The position numbers and the translations under genes were made by a program. DNA of 64,000 bases, from the NCBI GenBank assembly GCA_907165135.1, contig OU015568.1, forward strand, positions 11,780,001-11,844,000, in the 5' to 3' direction. This stretch comes from Oikopleura dioica (taxonomy: Eukaryota; Animalia; Chordata). Below, piece after piece: positions 48,501 to 60,620 of this stretch (positions are counted from its first letter, which is position 1; each line of letters begins with the position of its first letter). Under the pieces are notes generated by a model. The model saw only the letters and a program-made list of their open reading frames with translations, ran no database searches and was not told where the DNA came from.

Positions 48501-51500
48501 CGCCAAGGCCTCGCTTTCGCGAAGAGTTTGTTTTCGCCAAAATTTCGCCAAGTTCTCGTTTCGCCAAGAGTTCGCTTTCGCCAATAATTGGCCGAATCTT
48601 ATGTTTTTGTCTTTCAAAGCGGTATTTATAGGGGAGATCATTTATAAATTATAAATTTAGTTATAATTGAGCCTTTTTTCAAGCTTAGTAGGGTGGGAGT
48701 TAAATACAGTTTTAGAACCCCTAGAAGCTGGGGACCATTTGGCTACTGATAGGTGGGTTAGGGTGCCACCTATACTCGATTGTAGCCCAGGCTCTGGCTG
48801 TCATTTTGAGCTTTAGAAAAGTCGGGAGGGGGTAGGGTATCTGGGGAGCTAGGGGCTCTTGAAGTCGGAGAGCTCGGCAGAAATCGAGTACTTTTTCCAA
48901 AAGTCTTTTCGATGTTTATTCATTTAAAATTGTTGAAATTGTCATTTGGGGTCATCTGAGGTCAGGTCGGGTCACTTATTAGAGTTTTCTGAATTTTCAA
49001 TTATTCCTGACCTAGAGTGACCTCAGTTGACACCAAACGTCATCTTAAACACTGTTGAATGAATAAACGTCGATTAAAAGACTTTAAAAAGTACTCAATT
49101 TTGGTCGAGTTCCCTAACTTTAAGGCTACGGGGGTCGACGAGGCTCTAACCATGGCCTTATTCCGGGAAACTCTAAAGAGTTCGAGGCTTGGATCTTTCA
49201 TTTATAGTTAATTTGAACCTAGATCTTGACTTCTATAGAAAAAAATCTTAAGTTTATAGACATTTTCTTGCCAAAAAACCGCTTCAAAGTTGGCATCTCG
49301 ACCTATATTAGGGTAAAATTGGCTTCAATTCTGAAGAATTGAACCTATAAACCTCCGCTCGGTATATTTTTAATGAAATTTCAAACCTTTTTTTTATTTT
49401 TTGAAATAACAATAAACGATTTCTGCTGTAAAATCCAAAATATCTGGTTACAGAAAAAACCAAGACTACCATCATATTTCTCGGGCTCTGCGCTTTCAAA
49501 AGAGCCCTAAATAATGAAAATCCAAGCCAAAAAATTTTTTCCGGTCAAAGTTCTAGAGCTCGTTTCTCGGAAACTACAAATGATAACAGCTCACTTTCAA
49601 CTGTAAGTCTACTTTATTTTTTGCGGTGAATTCACTGGGCATCATGGATATTGTCATACTTTCAAGTTAAGACCACATATAACATCGACCCCCGTACCCT
49701 TAAGGAGGGGGTCGACGAGAATTTTTCAGGGGTGATCGTGATTTCGCGTATACGCATGGTCTGTGCATGAATCTTATATTTTGGAATCTACAGATCCTCA
49801 CGAATCTGTTGAGCCTAAAATCATTCGATAAAAATAAGATTTAGGGGTGAAATTAAGATAAATGTAAAAGAAATGACTATTTTTGGTGCATTTTCGCGAA
49901 AATGGCCCTACTTTGACGGCATTTTTGACCGATTTTTCTAGCAAAAATTTTTCTACTTAACGCCGGTTAATTTTTTCAACCCTTTTCTGTTTGCCAGTAA
50001 ATTCAGATTTTGCCTATCTGATCAGGTTTTCCCGCATTTTTGGTCACGGAAATCCCGATTCTCGTCGACCCCCTCCTTAAGAGTCCCTAGCTCCCCAGAT
50101 ACCCTACGCCCGCCATTCTTTTCTAGAGCTCAAAATGACTGCAAGAGCCTGGGCTTCAATCATCAATGGTAGCCTCTAAATTTTAGAGTCTAAAAGTCTT
50201 AGCTAGGGCTTCGAAAATTCTCGGTTTTAGAAAGCCCAGAAGCTGAGCTTTCATTTGGGCACCATATCAAGGGGTCAAGGCAATTCATGGGACCGGAATT
50301 TCCGAAATCCGAACTAGATATCTTCAATCGAATTTGAGTACCGGGAAACGACTCAAATGAAAGCTCAGCTTCATCTTCCATAACTGTGTCATATTATTAA
50401 CTTAGAAAAATGGGCCGAATTTTCATCTTATTAGATCGCCTTTTATACAAATTTATCTTTCAATTCCGGCGAAATTTCGCTTTCGGCGAATTTTCGCTTT
50501 TGGCGAATTTTCGCTTTCGGCGATTCTTTGCTTTTGGCGAATTTTCGCTTTTGGCGAATTTTCACTCTTGGCGAATTTTCCCTTTTGGCGAATTTTTCGC
50601 TTTTGGCGAATTTTTCGCTTGGCGAATTCGCTTTCGCTTCGCTGTGCAAGATAGGCGTTCGCTTCGCTTTCGCTTCGCTTTTTGGCTGGAAAAATTTTCG
50701 CTTTCGCTTCGCGTTCGCTTTGGGTTTTCGAACGAAATTTATATGCCTGGATCCAGATAGCACGACCTCTGAAATTGATCTTTCTACGGGAACTGAAAGT
50801 CAATTCCTTACTACCGAAGCAGAATTTACAGAAGATCCAATTTTTACCACAACTATAATCACAACAACTTCGACAACTTCGACAACTTCGACAATTTCGA
50901 CAGAAAGTTCTACTTTCTTAACTAGTACAGACACTTCTACTTTTCATACAGGAACTTTCTCAACAATTGTCTCAACCGACAAGGAAACACCAGGGCCGTC
51001 AACCATCATCTCGTCTTCTACAACGTTATCCACGACAGTTTCTACATCAACGGAATTCGAATTCGGCACCGTTTCCACCGTAACAGACAAGCAAACTGTT
51101 GAGCCAACGATGACAAGCACTTCTACTATTGATGTGGGAACTTTTTCGACTGTAACGGACCAACAAACATTAGAGCCAACAACTACGATGTCGACGACGA
51201 TATTCTCAACATCTACAGAGAGCAATGTTGGCACTATTTCGACTGTAACGGATGAGCAAACCATTGAACCAACGATGACAAGTACTTCTACTATTGGTGT
51301 AGGCACTTTTTCGACTGTAACGGACCAGCAAACATTGGAGCCAACAACTGAAACATCGACTTCGATATTCTCAACATCTACAGAGAACAATGTTGGCACT
51401 GTTTCCACTGTAACAGACGAGCAAACAATTGAACCTACGACAATGTCTTCGACAGAAACTTCCACTATTGAATTCACTCTTTCAACCGTCACAGACAGTA

Positions 51501-54500
51501 ACACAATCGAACCCACAACGATTAATACTTCTACGGAGTCGACGACTAGCGAAGTAGGAACAATGTCAACTGTGACAGACAATCAGACAGTTGAGCCCTC
51601 TTCGACATCGACAATATTTACCACATCCACTGAAGTTGAAATAGGAACCTTCTCAACTGTCACGGACAACTCAGGGGTCGATACAACATTCTCATCCACT
51701 ACACAAACCACAGAATTTATTACAACTACCTCATTTACTACCTCAACAACATCCACAACAACATCTACAACCACAACATCAACAACATTACAAGCAACGA
51801 CATCGACCATTCGTTCGACCCCATCCACCATTGTCACAACCACCACCTCTCAAGAAACCACTTCTAGTTCCACCACTAGCTCCACCAGTAGCCAAAGCAC
51901 CACGACGTAATTTAAAACAAAAGCGCATGATCAACATCGTATACCCACTTCGTTTGAAATCAAACGGTCAATCAAGAGCGCCAAAAGACTTTTGGACACC
52001 AAAAGAAGTAACATGCTTTGCCTATATAACACAAACTATTGTCGAAAATTTCTTAACATATTCTTTTAGTGTTGTTATTGATTCCTGCAAAGGTAGCATT
52101 CAAGACGCGTTCGTCGCAAATTTCAGTTCCCTTGGAGCCGTTTTGACTGTGGAGGCGATGTAAGATCTCCGAATGTTAAAATTTATCACCATAATCAATT
52201 TAGGGAAAGTGATGACTGGTTCTCCCTGTCTTTTGCCAGTCTTCTCTCGAGCAATGCTGCTGGATTCTACGCACTCCGATATTCCAACTTCTACTACCAC
52301 GCTCTTCAGAGAATAAGCATCATTGAAGAACTCAACATATCTCAAGACGACACGATTTGCGCTGCTTTCTCACAAAACTTCCATATTGACACTATAACGC
52401 TGATCGCAGAGTATCAATTGACTGTCGAAACAGTCGTTTGGGAAATTCATTCACAGGCAATTCATCTTGAAACCTGCTTTGCAACCAATCAATTTGCCAA
52501 TGAAACCCTCAAGGCATTTGGAATCGAAATGGAAAATGAAAGTGACCTTGCAATTATTACGAAGCTTGCTATTTGTGCATACACCATGGAACACTTTAAC
52601 GCTGCGACTTACTCGCTCTACGACATAAACGTTTTCTTCTATGCATATTTTGAATTCTATGTGAACTATTTCGTCAGCTTTGGGTAGGTTTGCTTTTATT
52701 TCAAAATAAGCATAAATTTCTAGCTACGAATTTACTGGCTGGGAGCTTTCACTTTCTGCTGATGGTTTAGTTACTTACTGGATGAATATTCTCATCTTCA
52801 TCCAATCTGGGTACTTCTCTGTTGACTTGGTTGACTGGACCTTCTTCTATGACATGACGGCACTTATATTCGATTGCGCGACATTCAGCGATCTTCTGGC
52901 TGAAATAGGATGGGAAAATAATGATTTCAGTTGCCAGGCCGATTATTTTGTATCTTTCTGGGAGGTCGATTACGATTTCAACTTCGAGTTCAAACAGCTT
53001 TTCCTTTTCTTCGAATATCTGGATCTTGACTTCAAGGTTTTACTTTTTATGCATATTTTTATTAAATTCTAATTAGATGCTTTACTACATCAAATACGAT
53101 CTTTCTGTGGCACTCGAAACTGGACAGATGACCTGGTTCACTGGAAGCGGATTCGAAGCGTATGTTACCTTCCTCCAAGACTGGTGGGCAAACGTGTGCG
53201 TTATGAATCTGATCAATGTGTACGGATTTGATATTAACATCAACCAGTATGTTGGATACTTCTACTCCCCTGTATTTGGAGCGCTCGCACAAAGAATGTA
53301 CTGTTTCAATTTCTACGCTGGCTCCGATCTTCTTGAAGGCTGGTTTATCGCATGGTCAAATTTCGGTTTTGGATTTGACTTGATTAATTTCGACTTCGGC
53401 ATTGAAGGCGTAGAAATCGAGCTCGCTCCGCTTTCCATCCAGCAAACTTTTATCATGCGCTTCTTCGAAAGCGACTTCTTTACATCATTCGGATTCTCCG
53501 CTGATTTCATCAGCCTCCTACGAGTTTGGACCTTCTCATTCAAGGGATTCCGTGTTGGAGAAATCCAAGCGTTCTTCTTCGGTGATTTCGGGTTCAAGTA
53601 AGTTATCAAGTTTTGAACTCATTGCGAACTTAAATGTAGCAATGTCCATTTTAATGACATCCTTTCTGAGGGTAACTTTTTACTACCTCGTCATTTTATT
53701 ACGAGAAAACAATAAAACATATTTAGTTTCATCACGTCGATCGATGGTTACGCTGGATTTGAAGCTGAGTTCGCGAAATTCCAGACAATAATCTACAGTC
53801 CAGAATTCGCTGTCTTCTTCTATCAGCTTGAAGTACTTGCTCACATTGAAGCCAAATTTGTTAGCGGATCTGTCGCCAACTTTGGCTGGGCTGAATTCAG
53901 CGCTTTGGATTTGAGCGTTATTGACTTGAGCTTCATTCGATCAGAAATCACTTATGATGTGCATTTTGGATGGATCGAGGCCATTCTTGTTGGCTTTGAT
54001 GTCAATCTCTTCTTTGTCGAAGCTGACTTCTATGTGATCTACAGCGCAATTTCTGTTCAACTTATCGAATGGCAACACAATTTCTTCGTTATCTTTGAAG
54101 GCGCTGCGTTCTCCTGGATGCATGATATTACCGGACTTACAGTCGGAAACAACTATCTTATCGATTATGTCAAGGAGCAAGTGCGAACTCTTACGTTCTC
54201 TTCAGTGACTTCTGAGACTTACATCGCCGCTTATGGCTCCTTCGCAAATGGTTTTATTTGCCAGATGAGTGCCCTGCTCAAACTTATAATCGCTGACACT
54301 GCAACATCTTACCATCTTGGTGGTTATTCCATTAGCGAATTCTATGTTAGCTACTTCACTTCAATGCAGAGCTACTTTATTGGCTTACTTTCTTCATCGG
54401 ACTACGCCGTCGATTTCACCTCCTTTAATCTCAATACCATTGATGCTTTCATTGCGTCTCAGGACTTCAGTATTTCCACAAGTGTTCTTCACAATACCTA

Positions 54501-57500
54501 CACTTTTGATATCTCGCAAACATCTCTTGCCCAATATGTCTTTAGTTGGGCCCACCAGACTTATCAATTGCCTTCAATGTCTGCTTATGCCGATTTTACT
54601 ATCGAGGGACGATATGATTTCGGTCTCCTCATGTATTTCATCGGTGGTTCTCAATGGATCTTCGAAGCTTCAGACTCTTACACTTCTTATCAAGCTTACC
54701 TTGCGGAATATTACAATACTTTCTATCTGGATTTGGATGCAACTATCAAGGAACACGATTCTGCGATGATCATATCGAAGATTTCTGAAATCTGGAAGTT
54801 CCACGGTGCAAGAGTTTTCTTTGCCTATTCCGATGCAATGATGTACATGTACAGCAACAGCTTTGATCTAAGCTCTTTGAATATTGACTTGTTCGATCTT
54901 ATGAACTCTTATTATATCGCCTATGATGGAATCTACTGGATTTCTTCTATGGAAATTTCCACCGATTTCAACGCCGCATTTGTCAGCGTTAACTCCGAGT
55001 TCGCGTACGACTGGACCGCAACTATCCAAACTCAAATGTACAGCCATATCATCCAATCTCATTTGTATTCTTACGGAATTTGGACAATCGGAGAATCACA
55101 TGAAACGATCAACAGTCTCCTAAGCGTCGAATCTTCTTGGACTGCTCTCGGGGAGAGCGAATGGGACCTCTCATCAACCCCGTCGCAACCTGCTCTTGTT
55201 TCTGCATACAAGATTATTGCTGATGCCGGATTCTCTTCCTACAAAGTTGACTACTTGCTTACCTATCAATTCCAGGGAATGTTGAATTTCTTCGAAATTT
55301 CCAGGGTTCTCTACGCGGACTACGAAGCTGATACTCTCGCTAAATACTTGATGCAATTTGAACGTCTCTTCATGGGATACGAATGGGGATACTACTACGA
55401 AATCCAAGACAACTCTACTTTCACTAATTTCGCAGCCGATCTTGAGACGACTACTTCTATTGCTGGATACTCTGTTAATTTTGCATGGATCGATTCAGCC
55501 TGGTACAGTTACGATTTCTCCACGCTCTTTGATACGATCATTTTCTCCGGTTACCCTGTTGATTGGTCTGCATGCTCTGCTACTTGCGGAACGGATGTCT
55601 ACCAATACAAAAATAGAGCTTGCCGAATCGATTCCCATCCAGAGTATACTTTTGGATGCATTGGAGATCTGCAAAAAGAAAATCGTTGTCACGTCTCCTC
55701 GTGTGAAACTGACTTTAACGCAGAAATCTTGACCATCAAGCTTTCAATCATTATCAATATGAAATTTACCTTGACAACCGGTCTTATTTCTAACGACATG
55801 TTCGCATCAAGCATGACTATTGACTATGATGCAAGTAACTACGGTATGTTGCTCGTTTTCCAAAGCTTTGGTGATGCAGATTCTTCATTTGGACAAACTA
55901 TTTCTGCCTCGATGACTGATGACACAGATGGTAATACGAAGGTCTTCGTTGGTCTTTCTATTTCTGGTTTCTCTGCTGCCCGATCAACTGGTCGCAGGCG
56001 AAGACGTTCGGTTCCTCTTCTGGAAGGAGAAAGATTCCGTCGGCAAGCTGATAATTCAACAACTACAACCGCTGCTGCTACGACAACAACTAGTACAACC
56101 ACTTCCACGACTACAAGTACATCCACGAGTACAACAACTACTTCTACAACAATTACTTCCACAACAACATCTACATCAACAACATCGTCGACATCAACAA
56201 CGATAACAACGTCGACATCAACATCATCGACATCAACAACATCATCGACATCAACAACATCGACATCAACAACATCTTCGACATCAACAACATCGTCGAC
56301 ATCAACAACGACAACATCGTCGACATCAACAACATCGTCGACATCAACAACGACAACATCGTCGACATCAACAACATCGTCGACATCAACATCTTCGACA
56401 TCAACATCAACGTCAACAACAACAACTAGCACAACTACCTCTACCACAAACTCATCAACCTCCACAGTAGAAACAACAGCATCAAGTAGCACAACCAGTA
56501 CAACAACAACCACAACCTCAACCAGTACCAGCACAACATCTGAAGAAACAACAACAACAACTGCTAGTACCACTGAAGAAGCAACGACCGATGTTTCTTG
56601 CACCGCGATCGTTACTGCAACAATGGTTCTCGACAAAACTTGGACAAGTACCTTGGCAAGCTCTGTCGAAGTTGACTACACTGATTTGGTCGCAGAAGTG
56701 AAGGCAGCTGTCGAAGCCGTTACGTTTGACATTGGTGACTCAGAATTCACAAGTGTTGATGTAACAGGATTCACGCAAGTCACAAGTGATGCTCGCCGAA
56801 AACGCCGAGAAACTGGCGATGTCGAAGCTTCAGTAGATATTTACTTTACAGCTACAACCCAAGTAAAAGAAAGCGAAGCTGAAGCTGCCAAGGAGGATGA
56901 CGCTACCTTTGAAGAAACTGTTACTGGGCTTGAAGAAGCTGTCCTAGAGTCTTTGACTGCTGGTGATGTTGACATTCTTGCCCAAGATGTGACGGAAGTC
57001 GAGTCTGATATTATCCTCGAAGATGAAGAAGAAGAGGATTATGAAGTCTCCGCAACTGTGGCTGCTGAGTATGAACAAACTAAAGAATACCCTGAGGACC
57101 CAACTGCTACTTGTGAAGACCCTGTGGAGATTGATCTTAATGATGACTCCATCGAAGAAGTTGTTGGCTGTGACGCCGCTGAGGAAGTTGATGCCGGGGC
57201 AGAAGCTGCCGGAGATGCTATCAACGACGCTATTGCTGACAGTGATATTGCTGATGGAACAGCATTGGTTGGATCAGTTGCGACGTTGGTTGACAAATTC
57301 GAGCCAGATTCTTCAACTACAACAGGTACTACGACAACCTCAACAACAAGCACCACGACATCAACCACGACAACAACGACCACTTCCACAACATCCACGA
57401 CAACAAGCACCACCAGTACAAGTACTAAAACACTGAGCACATCATCAGTTATGAGCACAAGCACTATAAAATTAGAAAGTCCGACCACTGTCAACGACCA

Positions 57501-60500
57501 ATTCACACCAAGCGCACAAGACACAACTATCGAATCAACTTCTGTTTCTACGAGCACTATTCAGTTAGATATTGAGAGCACAGTCTTAGATCAGAATACA
57601 CCCGGCACTGAAGGTAAATTTTTCACTTGGAATATCGGCCAACCTATCATCACAGAACAGTATTGGATTTGAATCGATCACTTAGATGATTCATAAAAAC
57701 TTCGATCAAATGTTTATAATTATAATCACGAACACGACCCCGAAAATTCGCAAAATCATAGGGAAAATCAGCGTCAGTTCTCACTTTCAGAGATTGAATA
57801 TTTGGAAAAATAAAAATTTGAGCTTATTATCAAGTTGTCGAGCACTTATCACAAAATCACATAAGTTATGTGACAAAATAAAACTTTTACATCTATCAAA
57901 TTTGTTACTTAGCATCAACAACAACAACTACGACAACAACTACGACAACAACTACGACAACAACTACGACAACAACTACAACAACAACTACCACAACAAC
58001 TACAACAACAACTACAACAACAACTACAACTACAACTACAACAACTACAACCACTTCAACAACAGGTAAAAAGTCGTTTTCGAGAAAACACTCAAATTGA
58101 TTGTAAAAAATCAAATTTTTTTCTTTCAAAAATACGGGTCTTGTTTTTCTCTATAGAACTTTCCACGGCAGCTAGTGGAACAAGTACACCTATAGAAACT
58201 ACGTCGAGAGACTCAACTTCAACTCAGGAGTTAGGCACAAGCACATTTGTGTCGACGACTGAGGTTGTCGTTGAGACGGAAGGTAAACCTGACATAAGCT
58301 GTTCTGCGATTCGCGAGGCAATTTTAGTTGTTATAGCCCTATTAAAGAGTCGTGAGTTACGACTCGTAACATTCTTGGAAAACCGAGAAAAAAGAAAAAA
58401 TGTGCATGAATTTCCGGCTGGTTGTCACAAGCGGACTCATTTTTCGGGGATTCATTTATCGAAATTCGAGTTAAACGTGCAACCGACGATATCTTTTATT
58501 TTTAGTTATACAGTATAACTTATACTCATGCATGATGCATCCGTTATAGATATATCGCCGATATAATATCGGGTTTCTGAGATAATATCTCGACTCATAT
58601 AATTTTTATTTCGGCTTACAAAAATCTATAGAGAATGTTACGGACAAGAACACTCCTGGACCAACGGAGAGCTCTACAGAGTCCTCTTCTGTAGTTACTT
58701 CTACTGAGACTATAAGTGAAACGACAGAAGGTACCAACGAATGCAAAGCATTTCGCTTGTAATTTAGCTAAGTAATGAGAAAGTCGAAACGACATTCTAC
58801 AACAGAGTAGCCAAAAGATGCTACTTTTTACTTTTATCCAGACTCTGGATTCCAGAGCATTCCTCTCTTTTTCTTCATTATTTTTACCATTTTGCGATTC
58901 GCAAGACATTTTTCCGTCGTTACTAACGACTGGTTTTTTGGGGATCCGAGTGTGCATAAGGTTTAACACTGGAAGCAATGTTTGATTCAATAAGATCATG
59001 CATCCCTTTTATTGAGTCTCCGAGACAACATCTCGACTCTTATTGTTCTCTTTTTAATTTAATATCTTTTTAGAAACAACTACTTCAACTTCTACAACAA
59101 CGTCAACTTCCACGACAACAGAATTTGTGCAGCCTGAATGCAACGAGCTCTGCAAAGAAGATTGGTCTCCATGGGAGCCGTGCTCTCATGAGTGCTGGTC
59201 TACTGAAGATGAATTCGAAAATGTTCGTCAAGTAAGATTCAAGTGCTTCGAGAACGCTGAGTTTGAAACTTGTTACGAAACGCAACGATGCTTCAACGAG
59301 ACCCACAAAGAAGAAACGGAATGTCCAACAGCCGAAGAGGTTAAAGCCGACTTAAATGTTGATGATCTTGACGCGCTTAAAGAAAATGGACTTGGTATCA
59401 TTAACATATTCGTTGATTTCAAGGTGATATTTTTAAGTCTATTCGTTCTCCAAAATCGTTTAGATCGCTATCTCTGAAAAATGGAATGATGATTACGCCA
59501 ACCCTAATTCCACTGCATTTAACGTCAAGGCTGCCAAATACACTGGAGTCATGAGAGAGTGGTTTGACTTTGCTGGTGCTTTCAAATTTGTTTCTCTTGA
59601 TCCTGTCAACATGAAAAAATCGGATGTTCCTCTTGAGTGCGATACGACCGGTGTACCATCGATTTCTGATCAAGCAGCGCTTGATGAAGAGTTGATTGTC
59701 ACTGATGCTGATGTTATTTTGAATAATCCATACATTGATGAGATCGGATCTGAGTAAGTAAAAAGAACTTTACTTGTTCTATTATTATTATTAGTGGTCG
59801 ACGGCGACGTGACATCGATGAAGCCGTCAAACGAAGCCGTATCGAATGCGCAGACTCTGACTTGATCATCTTCCACTTGCGAACGCGCCACAAAGTCGTG
59901 ACGAGCTTTAGCTACACTGAAGTCAGCCAAGCTGTCCTTCGTCAGCTCTCTCCGATTCTCAAAAATTCCGGCGCACAGGTCGTCTCCGCAGACGAAATGG
60001 GTGAAAAAATCAATGAACAACTGGAGGAACAAGTCCAAGACGATGGCAAGCCACAAAACTCGAATAACTTGAATTTCCAGGCTTTTGGAAGTAAGTCGAC
60101 GTAAACATTTATCGTTCATTATCAATTCAATAGAAACACGGGTAACGAAAGAGGACAAAGCCGTTGTCGGTGAGTGGAAGGCCTGGGACAACAGCGGCTG
60201 CCCAGCGTCCAGATCTGAGAGGACTCGCGATTGCATCATTAACAACAACCAAGAAAAAGTCGTTCCAAATGAAGATTGCCTCGCAAATGCGCCAGAAGGC
60301 ACAGTTTTCGTTGATGACCGAGAATGTTGTACTGACCGAGAGAATTACTCAGAAGAAGACGAGAAAGTATGTGAATGCATGTATCCTTGGTCGGCTGACG
60401 CTAATGGAGACTGTAACACCTGCATAGCCCTGAGACCGATGCAATTCTTGTGTTATATTTGTAAGTATTATTCAATAATTAATTATTTAAGCATTTTAAT

Positions 60501-60620
60501 TTCAAATTCTCACTCAAAATTTCAGCCGGGGAATTCGATAATCCCAAAGACAGCAGTTCAACCACTACTGCTCTGTCCCTACTACCTCTCCTGACGATGT
60601 TCTGGCTCCACCTCAATTAA
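30598..60620 (+). CDS. Giant (~7,400-7,500 aa) predicted GPI-anchored extracellular protein: 2 C-type lectin, 9 vWD/C8/TIL, mucin, aromatic region, TSP1, SEA-like, furin sites
   Basis: Signal peptide MKRRLGLLLFLKLFGAA (30598-30649). About 22 exons are phase-compatible from 30598 to 60620, needing one GA-AG intron, one GC-AG intron, one 1-nt correction at 34220-34224 and removal of two transposons. The last exon encodes SGEFDNPKDSSSTTTALSLLPLLTMFWLHLN*. Domain calls are strong; the single-transcript model is inference. Confidence 0.75.
30741..30820. repeat. 20-bp tandem repeat x4 in intron 1 of the giant gene
   Basis: Unit GGTTGATTTCATTTAAAAGC, four near-perfect copies. Confidence 0.95.
31499..32074. 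mobile_element. Foldback MITE (576 bp) nested in hAT element 1
   Basis: TIR GATGAATTACCATAAGAATTTT. The arms stay complementary inward (TATATTCTGAAAGCCC, TGACGTCA motifs, AAAAACTACGTAGGGACCCG). Flanked by CTCA direct repeats at 31495-31498 and 32075-32078. Confidence 0.85.
32075..32395. repeat. 56-bp minisatellite x5.7, each unit with an 8-bp-stem hairpin
   Basis: Unit CTCAGCCCTGTTCCATGATTTTTGAATTTAAGGGGCTTGACGGCCCTTCGGGCCGT. Hairpin GACGGCCC-TTC-GGGCCGTC spans the unit end. Confidence 0.95.
38069..43327 (+). repeat. Four highly similar 1,314-bp (438-aa) vWD-C8-TIL coding repeats
   Basis: GDPH codons start at 38081, 39395, 40709 and 42023, exactly 1,314 bp apart; the next is at 43340. Confidence 0.95.
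46860..47130 (+). repeat. 36-bp coding repeat (FTDGFTESATE[A/T]) x~7, acidic mucin-like
   Basis: Repeated FTDGFTESATE/FTESPTE in ORF 46362-47420. Confidence 0.85.
49124..49699. mobile_element. TTAA-targeting MITE a
   Basis: TIR GGCTACGGGGGTCGACG versus CATCGACCCCCGTACCC (2 mismatches). TTAA at 49120-49123 and 49700-49703. Confidence 0.8.
49704..50076. mobile_element. TTAA-targeting MITE b
   Basis: Perfect 17-bp TIR GGAGGGGGTCGACGAGA / TCTCGTCGACCCCCTCC. TTAA at 49700-49703 and 50077-50080. Confidence 0.88.
56058..56572 (+). repeat. Ser/Thr-only coding tract (TSTTSS-type repeats)
   Basis: About 170 codons almost all Thr/Ser, built from ACATCAACAACATCGTCG-like units. Confidence 0.9.
57912..58065 (+). 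repeat. Poly-Thr exon (ACA/ACT/ACG microsatellite)
   Basis: Bounded by …cttag and gtaaa. Reads ASTTTT…TT, built from ACAACAACTACG/ACAACAACTACA units. Confidence 0.85.

Larger units (their letters stand above)
48784..50155. mobile_element. Long-TIR foldback element nested in hAT element 2 (minimum extent)
   Basis: Inverted arms AGCCCAGGCTCT…GTCATTTTGAGCT…GTAGGGTATCTGGGGAGCTAGGG versus CCCTAGCTCCCCAGATACCCTAC…AGCTCAAAATGAC…AGAGCCTGGGCT. The right arm is split at a TTAA. Confidence 0.8.
48288..50749. mobile_element. Non-autonomous hAT-type DNA transposon (2,462 bp) inserted in a mucin-domain exon
   Basis: Termini CAGGCATATAAATT and AATTTATATGCCTG. Exact 8-bp TSD GATCCAGA at 48280-48287 and 50750-50757. 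Dense TTCGC/GGCGAA subterminal repeats. Removing it restores the in-frame sequence TMDPDSTTSE. Confidence 0.93.

Noticed and set aside
48229-50803. RFRFAF / KAKAK-rich ORFs
   Set aside because: They arise from TTCGC subterminal repeats. ORFs 47587-48654 and 50528-51910 are exon/transposon chimeras.
50944-58129. Poly-Val/Asp-Val antisense ORFs
   Set aside because: They are the reverse complement of Thr/Ser mucin codons.
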